Shown here piece after piece: positions 9,576 to 15,292 of a stretch of DNA of 64,000 bases. Position 1 is the first letter of the stretch. Each line of letters begins with the position of its first letter. The notes beneath the pieces were generated by a model that did no database searches, had not been told where the DNA came from, and was given only the letters and a program-made list of their open reading frames with translations. The stretch is from Acidobacteriota bacterium (GTDB lineage Bacteria; Acidobacteriota; UBA890; WLXD01). Both the position numbers and the translations under genes were made by a program. The stretch lies in assembly GCA_965248695.1 (NCBI GenBank), contig CBDFKD010000001.1, positions 61,411 through 125,410 on the forward strand. The letters are read 5' to 3'.

Positions 9576-9888
9576 TGCCTTGGCGCGGGTGGACATGACG
9601 CGCCGCCGCCAGGTGCTGCTGATGTTCAAGGAGATGCTGCACAACATCGTGCGGCATGCCCACGCCAAGAGGGTCGAGATTCGACTGCGGGACGAAGGCG
9701 GCAAGCTGCGGCTCACCGTCGAGGATGACGGAGTGGGGTTCCGGCCGGCCGAGGTCGCTGCGGGACATGGGCTGGGCAACATGAAAGCTCGGGCGCGGGG
9801 GCTCGGCGCAACGCTTCAGCTCGCCTCCGAGCCAGGGCGCGGAACGCGGGTCGATGTCGTGTTCGATGCGAGGCCGCCGCTCGTCTGA
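9523..9888 (+). CDS. HATPase_c fragment of the same histidine kinase, in the +1 frame (the two ORFs together look like one frameshifted gene)
   Basis: N-box-like LLMFKEMLHNIVRHAHA, G1 EDDGVGF and G2 GHGLGNMKARA. Overlaps the upstream ORF, and homology continues directly from ...PFELD to DGDALARVDM. Confidence 0.7.
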   Translation: MSPRLSSALFLSSSIDGDALARVDMTRRRQVLLMFKEMLHNIVRHAHAKRVEIRLRDEGGKLRLTVEDDGVGFRPAEVAAGHGLGNMKARARGLGATLQLASEPGRGTRVDVVFDARPPLV

Positions 9889-9956
9889 CCTCGCCCGTCG
9901 TCCTCCACCGACGCGGCAAGGCGTTGCTGCGCAGGCAACCTCGCCCGGCGAGTGCC

Positions 9957-9976
9957 CGTCCCGAGATCTCGGGACG
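9957..9976. other. 20-bp perfect palindrome cgtcccgagatctcgggacg, about 70 nt downstream of the kinase
   Basis: Read directly from the sequence. Could be a terminator stem (no T tail) or a dimeric protein binding site. Confidence 0.3.
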
Positions 9977-10093
9977 CGATGATCCGTCCGCGGCACCTAG
10001 CGTCGTCTTCAGCGATTCGTCTCACTCGCTGAATCGTGAAGTCGTTGTGCGCTCGTAGGCTTCGCGTGCCATTCGCCGACACGGACCACGGAG

Positions 10094-10762
10094 ATGACGA
10101 TGCACTGCTGGTGGAAGATCCGGATCATCGCGTACGCAAACCACCAATTCCATACCGGCGCGACCGCCCGTTGCACCGCGATCGTGCTAGCGCTAGTGAT
10201 AGCAGGCACGGGCATGGCGTTGCTCGGGCGCGTCGAGGCCTCGGCGCGCCCCGCACCCGAGCCCCGTGCTAGCGCCGGTAGCGTGAAGAGCACCGGGTTC
10301 AGTGCCATGCAGATCTATGCAATCAACGGCACTGTCGCCGCAAACAAGCTTCCGGTGGTTTCAGCGTTGCTGTACCCGCCGGCGGCCAAGGCGAACGCGC
10401 GGTTCGATGTCCGGGTCTCGGCGATTGTCTCGGACGACAACCAGGATCCCCCAAAGAAAGGGTTCGGGAAGCTGGAGGTGACCCTCTACGCGGTTGATCG
10501 CAACGGTGGGGAAAAGAAAGTGGCCACCAAGCGGGCCAAACGGAAGGCGAGCACGGGCAGCGCCGCGGTTGCTTTCACCAAGATGAAAGCGCCTGGCAGC
10601 CACTATCGAGCCGAGGCCAAACCGGTAGGAGGCACCGTCGAGGGCGGGGGATTCACGATCATCGGGAGCGTCGGCGTTTCGGGTGGTGTCCGGGCGGCAC
10701 GACGTGTCGCGGCTGGAGAAGCTGCGCCCGGCGCGCGCCAATCGCGCGCGGTAGGCCAGTGA
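10094..10762 (+). CDS. Hypothetical secreted or membrane-anchored protein, paralogue 1 of a local family
   Basis: N-terminal hydrophobic segment TAIVLALVIAGTGMALLG. Its C-terminal ~110 aa align with the next ORF (VTLYAVDRNGGEKKVATK...AFTKMKAPGSHYRAEAK vs ATVYSVDRKGKKKKLASK...PFSRLKTPASHYLVEVQ). I recognise no known domain. Confidence 0.6.
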   Translation: MTMHCWWKIRIIAYANHQFHTGATARCTAIVLALVIAGTGMALLGRVEASARPAPEPRASAGSVKSTGFSAMQIYAINGTVAANKLPVVSALLYPPAAKANARFDVRVSAIVSDDNQDPPKKGFGKLEVTLYAVDRNGGEKKVATKRAKRKASTGSAAVAFTKMKAPGSHYRAEAKPVGGTVEGGGFTIIGSVGVSGGVRAARRVAAGEAAPGARQSRAVGQ

Positions 10763-11556
10763 GCGGCGTGGGTTCGGTCGTTCGCGCGGTTGCCCCCGCC
10801 GGACGCTCCGGTGGGGACGCGGCGTCCCGCCGCCCGTGCAAACGAATCGCCGCGGCTGTCGGCATCGTCCTCGTGGTTCAGCCGCTAGTGGCCTGTACCC
10901 TAATTTTCTCGGTGGAGAAGTCTCCATTTCTCCATACGATTTGTGTCGCGATGCGGATCGCGACCGGAGAACCTCAGTCACACGCTGATCGCGCATGCTC
11001 ACAAGGCGATTTCCGTGTTCGTCAGAGATGGATCGAGCTGCCACTAGCGAATCTCGGGGTGGGCGCAACCAGCTTCGGCACCATCACGATGGAAGGATTC
11101 CAGGTGAAGGGCACGGTGCCGGGCAGCAAGCTGCCCGAGTGGTCCCGGGCCGCGTACCCCGACCTCGCGACTCGCCGCGCTTCTCGGAGTGCGGCGAACC
11201 ACGACATCGTGGTGGCTGTGCTTGTCCTCGACGACGACCTGAACCCCGCAGCGGATGCCTTTGCTACCGCGAAGGCAACGGTGTACTCGGTCGACCGCAA
11301 AGGGAAGAAAAAGAAGCTCGCTAGCAAGACGGGAGCGGCTACACAGGATGAGGGCGGTGCGGTGATCCCGTTCTCCCGACTCAAGACGCCTGCAAGCCAC
11401 TACCTGGTCGAGGTTCAAACGGCCAAAGGCAAGGTGGTCAACGCGAGCGTGCTCTTCATGGCGTTGGTTACCCAAGCGGGGGCGACGGACGGGTTGCGTG
11501 GAGTCGTCGGCGGCCTACGACGCGCTCGAGCGCTGGCTTCGCAGTTCGTCGACTAG
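10759..11556 (+). CDS. Hypothetical protein, paralogue 2 of the same family; the N-terminal region contains a possible in-frame palindromic-element insertion
   Basis: The GTG overlaps the upstream stop (GTGA). Hydrophobic segment IAAAVGIVLVVQP, then a 53-codon lower-GC insert, then the conserved domain. The true start could instead lie downstream (GTG 11059 or ATG 11089). Confidence 0.5.
   Translation: MSGVGSVVRAVAPAGRSGGDAASRRPCKRIAAAVGIVLVVQPLVACTLIFSVEKSPFLHTICVAMRIATGEPQSHADRACSQGDFRVRQRWIELPLANLGVGATSFGTITMEGFQVKGTVPGSKLPEWSRAAYPDLATRRASRSAANHDIVVAVLVLDDDLNPAADAFATAKATVYSVDRKGKKKKLASKTGAATQDEGGAVIPFSRLKTPASHYLVEVQTAKGKVVNASVLFMALVTQAGATDGLRGVVGGLRRARALASQFVD
10885..11047. repeat. Possible short member of the CTAG-bounded element family (159-bp period, in frame with the host ORF)
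   Basis: The left end CTAGTGGCCTGTA is identical over 13 nt to the left end of the element at 28439. The right end GCCACTAG is identical over 8 nt to that element's right end. Local GC drops, and there are internal short hairpins (cgcgat-gcgg-atcgcg). Confidence 0.35.
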
Positions 11557-11869
11557 ATGCGTAGATCGAGACCCACGCGCCGGCGCCACCAGGGCGGCGG
11601 AGGCGGGCAAGGGACCGACCGGTGCCAAGGTGACTCTCTACGACGTCAACGCCAAAGGGGCACGTAGGAAGATCGCCACCAAGCAGGCCAAAGTCGACAG
11701 CGGTGGCGCGTCGGTCGAGTTCGCTCAACTGTCGGCTCCGTCGCATCACCACCAGGTACAGATATCGCCCAACGGACCGAACGCCTCGACAGGCTACCTA
11801 ATCTACCTTGCAGGCGAGGGCACCGACGACGCGTTGACTCGACTCGCCAGCAGGCCGAGTAGACGGTAG
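11498..11869 (+). pseudogene. Truncated paralogue 3 (only the C-terminal ~80 codons of the family domain; homology starts near 11621)
   Basis: KVTLYDVNAKGARRKIATKQAKVDSGGASVEFAQLSAPSHHHQVQIS aligns with the C-terminal halves of paralogues 1 and 2. There is no N-terminal half and no convincing start or SD. Confidence 0.4.
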
Positions 11870-11937
11870 CCGTCCGCCGTAGCGTTTGCCCGTTGGCAGC
11901 GACCGGCGGGCGCGAGGGCTGCCGTCGCTGCCCCCCC

Positions 11938-12145
11938 GACGCCGGCGGCGCCGTTATCATCTTCTCGCGCCTCAAAGTGCCGTCGAGCCATTACCTGGTA
12001 GAGGTCGAAACGGCGAACGGCCAAGTGGCCAACGCCAACATCCTCTACGGCGATGGTGGCCCAAGCGGGCGCGGCGGACGGGCTGCGCGTCGCCATCGTT
12101 GCCTTACGGCATCGCCGGGTGCTGGCCGAGCAACTCGTGGAGTAG
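11938..12145 (+). pseudogene. Frameshifted fragment of paralogue 4 (last ~65 codons, closest to paralogue 2)
   Basis: GGAVIIFSRLKVPSSHYLVEVETANGQVANANILY matches GGAVIPFSRLKTPASHYLVEVQTAKGKVVNASVLF. The tail MVAQAGAADGLRVAIVALRHRRVLAEQLVE* (vs MALVTQAGATDGLRGVVGGLRRARALASQFVD*) is readable only after a 2-nt gap near 12050. Confidence 0.45.
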
Positions 12146-12425
12146 AGCTGCATCTGAACTCCGGCAGCCTCTCCGGGTCACAAGGCCCACTACCCACTAC
12201 CCGATATCGGGGTCTTGTACTTGATGCACGTGCCCGCCGCCGGCAGGCCACCCGTCTTGCGCGACAGCGGAGCTCCAGTTCAAGGGCGCGGGTATCGCGT
12301 TCTTCTCGACGCTGTCGTTCGAGATCGAGTGCCCAAAGGGCGGCTAATTGTGCGACCGGGAATAGCGTGCCGTCGACCCAGGAGGGTTGCCGCTGCCGCT
12401 GCGAAGCGCGTAGCCTCTTGCCACG

Positions 12426-14210
12426 ATGGCCTCTGCGACGACGAACCGGTATCTGATAGTTGCCGCGCTGGTCATGACCTTGGCCTCCAGTGCCGCTTCC
12501 AGCGGCGCCCCAGAGGCGCGGCTGCGGTATGTCACCACGGCAAGGCAGCTCGGCCCCGTCGCGTACCGTGACCCGCTGGGGGTGCCATCGCCCGATGGGC
12601 GGTGGTTGGCGACACATGTCGGGTTGCGGCTGCGCGTCGAGCCTCTGGCTGGTGGGCCGGTGCGCGAGCTCGGTGACGGTCGGCGCCGCCGACTTCATCT
12701 GGCCTGGCGGCCCGACTCGCAAACACTGGTGGCGCGTGAGGCGGACCGCGAGCGCACCTGGTTCGATTGGAGCGAATACGACGTCGAGAGCGGCATGCGA
12801 AACCGGCTCTGGCCGGCGCTCGGCTCGTTGCGCCCGCCGGACGGGGAGGCGGCTGAGCGCCGGGATCTGTTGGAGGTCGCGTTCGCTGCCGATGGCTCCG
12901 TCGCCGGTCTGGTCGCGCGCGACACGGGGCGGCAGCTGTGGATCTTCGATGCGACTGGGTCGGTCCTGGAGACAGTCGGCGATCCCGGAATGCTGAGCAA
13001 CATTGCATGGAAGCCTGATGGCGGCGTGGCCTGCCTCGACGCGGATGGCGCCCGACCTCTGCTGAGCCTGGATTGCGGTCGTTCTCCGGGGTTGCTGGAT
13101 CTCGGCGAGGTCCGCGGTCCGGTGGCCTTTGACGGTGACGACGGCGTGTTCGTCGGACGACCGAACGACCGGGGTACGCTCGACCTGTGGCGCCTCGATT
13201 TGGCGTCCGGCGCAGCCGAGCAGATCAGTCAGTTTACGCGCGACACCTACGCACCCTACGCGCTGCCGAATGGACGCCTGCTGTTCAAGCTGCAGGAGTA
13301 CGCCGTCACCATCGCCCGCGTGGCGGCGGCCGGTGGTACCCCTCTTCCGGTCACGACCTTCCAATCGGAGACGCCGTCGTGGGACTGGACCGGCGAACAC
13401 ATCGCCTTCACGTACGGCAGCTGGCGCCGTGTCGTCGACGATGTGCACTACCCCGATATCGCGCAGCACGTCGGCACGGTGCGGGTCGCCGACGGCGTTG
13501 CCGATGAGCCACAGGAGGTGGTGCGTAGCTCCTACTCCGAGGACCAGGGCATGCACTGGTCACCGAACGGCCGCTGGATCGCGCTGCATTCGCACGCCGA
13601 CGGCACCGACGACATCTGGTTGCAGCCGGCCGACGGCTCAGCCGCGGCGGTGCCGATCACCGGCGGCGGCAACGAGACCGGTTGGCCGCGCTTCTCGCCG
13701 GACGGCAGATGGATCGTCTACTCCACCGACCGACGCGGGGCCGGTGAGCATCACGGCGTACTGCAGCTGGTCGGTTTCGACCAGGAGACCGGCGAAATTA
13801 CGTATCCGCAGCGCGACATCGAGCTCACCGATTTCGATGGCTTGGCGGGGTTCGCAGAGTTCGGCGCCGACTCACGCACGATTTTCTTCGAGGGCATGCA
13901 CGGGGTCGGAGAGCGCGCCGTGTGGAAGGTCGACCGGGACGGCGGCCGGCCGGAGCTGGTGCACCGCTATGGCAGCGAGCAGTGGGCCACGGGAATCTCG
14001 GTGTCGCCGGATAGCGACTGGGTCGCCTATATCGCCCCCGCCGCCGACGGCCGCATGCAGCTGTTCAGAGTGCCCTCCACCGGAGGCGATCCGGTGCAGA
14101 TCACCTTCGATCCGAGTGACAAGACCCATCCGTCGTGGTCGCCGCGCGGCGACCAGATTGCCTTCACGGTCTTCCGCTACCTGGCGCACTTTTGGCTCCT
14201 GGAGCCCTAG
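12426..14210 (+). CDS. Secreted PD40/WD40-like beta-propeller repeat protein (TolB-like)
   Basis: Signal peptide MASATTNRYLIVAALVMTLASSAASS. Repeated PD40 units WSPNGRWIALHS, FSPDGRWIVYSTD, VSPDSDWVAYIA and WSPRGDQIAFTV. Confidence 0.8.
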   Translation: MASATTNRYLIVAALVMTLASSAASSGAPEARLRYVTTARQLGPVAYRDPLGVPSPDGRWLATHVGLRLRVEPLAGGPVRELGDGRRRRLHLAWRPDSQTLVAREADRERTWFDWSEYDVESGMRNRLWPALGSLRPPDGEAAERRDLLEVAFAADGSVAGLVARDTGRQLWIFDATGSVLETVGDPGMLSNIAWKPDGGVACLDADGARPLLSLDCGRSPGLLDLGEVRGPVAFDGDDGVFVGRPNDRGTLDLWRLDLASGAAEQISQFTRDTYAPYALPNGRLLFKLQEYAVTIARVAAAGGTPLPVTTFQSETPSWDWTGEHIAFTYGSWRRVVDDVHYPDIAQHVGTVRVADGVADEPQEVVRSSYSEDQGMHWSPNGRWIALHSHADGTDDIWLQPADGSAAAVPITGGGNETGWPRFSPDGRWIVYSTDRRGAGEHHGVLQLVGFDQETGEITYPQRDIELTDFDGLAGFAEFGADSRTIFFEGMHGVGERAVWKVDRDGGRPELVHRYGSEQWATGISVSPDSDWVAYIAPAADGRMQLFRVPSTGGDPVQITFDPSDKTHPSWSPRGDQIAFTVFRYLAHFWLLEP

Positions 14211-14485
14211 CAGGCCGTGGTGAAAGTGTGGTGGGTCTGGCGACAGGGTCTTGCGAGGCGCAGGCCAGGAGAGAGGAGGAGGCGATGGTTACCCCATCGT
14301 TGACGACGAACGACGCAGCATACACGCGCAATCCCCAGTCGCCCAAAGGGTTACGGCGATTTGGGGCCATCTGCGGCGTTGGCCTTCCTCGACGATGGCT
14401 AGGGCATCGGGTGCGTCAGGCCGCCTTGCATCTGGCCCCAACTCGCCGTAACCAGACCCACCACACTTTCACCACGGCGTGCTAG
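14207..14485. mobile_element. CTAG-bounded 271-nt palindromic (MITE-like) element, subfamily A, copy 1
   Basis: CTAG at 14207-10 and 14482-85. The 30-nt terminal inverted repeats caggccgtggtgaaagtgtggtgggtctgg / ccagacccaccacactttcaccacggcgtg match 29/30. The element is 258/271 identical, with no indels, to 25065-25335 although the flanking genes are unrelated. Confidence 0.6.
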
Positions 14486-14506
14486 CGGCCTGTTACAGGC
14501 GACTAG
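14482..14506. repeat. Mini-palindrome CTAG-cggcctgt|tacaggcga-CTAG resembling joined termini of the subfamily B element
   Basis: The left 8 nt match the subfamily B left terminus tggcctgt 7/8. The right 9 nt match the right terminus tacaggcca 8/9. It shares its left CTAG with element copy 1. Confidence 0.35.
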
Positions 14507-14601
14507 AATACGCCCGCCCGTCGCGGCGTCGCCCCTTGGATCGCCTCGCTCGCCCCGGCGGGAGGGGGTAGCATCCAGCGGAACTTCGACCGGGAGGCAG
14601 G

Positions 14602-15258
14602 ATGTCGGATAAGCGGGTTTTCAGGTTCGATGGCGAGCAGGCGGACGTGCTGTGGGACGGCCGCCTGTGCATTCACGTGGGCGAGTGCACCCGGTCACGC
14701 GACGAGCTGTTCGTCAGCGGGCGCAAGCCGTGGTGCGAGCCCGATCTTGCGGACGCCGACGATGTGGTAGGGGTGGTTCAACGCTGCCCGACCGGGGCGC
14801 TCGCGTACGAGCGCAAGGACGGCGGGGCGGAGGAGAGTGCGCCGACGACGAACGAGATCACCGTGGCGAACAACGGACCCCTGTACGCGACCGGCGATCT
14901 GGAGGTGGACGGGGCGGCCGACGACATGCCGGGCGTGCGCTTCCGGGTGGCGCTCTGTCGATGTGGCGCCTCGGCCAACAAGCCATTCTGTGACAATTCT
15001 CACGAGGCAGTGGAGTTCCGTGATCGCGGTGCGGTGGGGCAGAGCGGCGAGGCGGCGCTGGAGTCCAGCGGCGGCCCGCTGACGGTAAAGCGGATCGAGA
15101 ACGGCCCGCTGATCGTCACCGGCAACTTCTCGATCCGCGCCGCGTCGGGACGGGAAAGCTGGCGCGGAACGCGGGCGGCCATGTGCCGTTGCGGTGAATC
15201 CAACAACAAGCCCTTCTGCGACGGCACCCACAAGCAAACGGGGTTCGAGGCGGACTAG
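14602..15258 (+). CDS. Iron-sulfur protein: divergent 4Fe-4S mono-cluster-like N-domain plus two CDGSH-type domains
   Basis: CIHVGECTRS...WCEP...RCPTGAL at the N-terminus. Two CDGSH motifs, CRCGASANKPFCDNSH and CRCGESNNKPFCDGTH. SD GGGAGG lies upstream. Confidence 0.85.
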   Translation: MSDKRVFRFDGEQADVLWDGRLCIHVGECTRSRDELFVSGRKPWCEPDLADADDVVGVVQRCPTGALAYERKDGGAEESAPTTNEITVANNGPLYATGDLEVDGAADDMPGVRFRVALCRCGASANKPFCDNSHEAVEFRDRGAVGQSGEAALESSGGPLTVKRIENGPLIVTGNFSIRAASGRESWRGTRAAMCRCGESNNKPFCDGTHKQTGFEAD

Positions 15259-15285
15259 TGCTCCGTACTCATGATCAGGAGCACT
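15257..15285 (+). terminator. Hairpin immediately after the CDGSH gene stop (agtgctcc-13 nt-ggagcact), no T tail
   Basis: 8-bp perfect stem read from the sequence. It begins inside the CTAG that contains the stop codon. Its function (terminator, stabiliser or small repeat) is not determinable. Confidence 0.25.
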
Positions 15286-15292
15286 GGCGACA

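Noticed and set aside
10094-12145. The repeated units as a CRISPR array or other short-period DNA repeat.
   Set aside because: The units are 250-800 bp, similar mainly at protein level, and lack short identical direct repeats with unique spacers.
14285-14485. 66-codon ORF with a strong SD inside the subfamily A elements, as a real small protein gene (also at 25139-25339).
   Set aside because: The frame is not conserved in the subfamily B copy, where the shared nucleotide blocks fall in a different frame. The A1/A2 substitutions are mostly non-synonymous. Similar peptides appear on both strands simply because the element is palindromic. It is kept only as a caveat in the findings.
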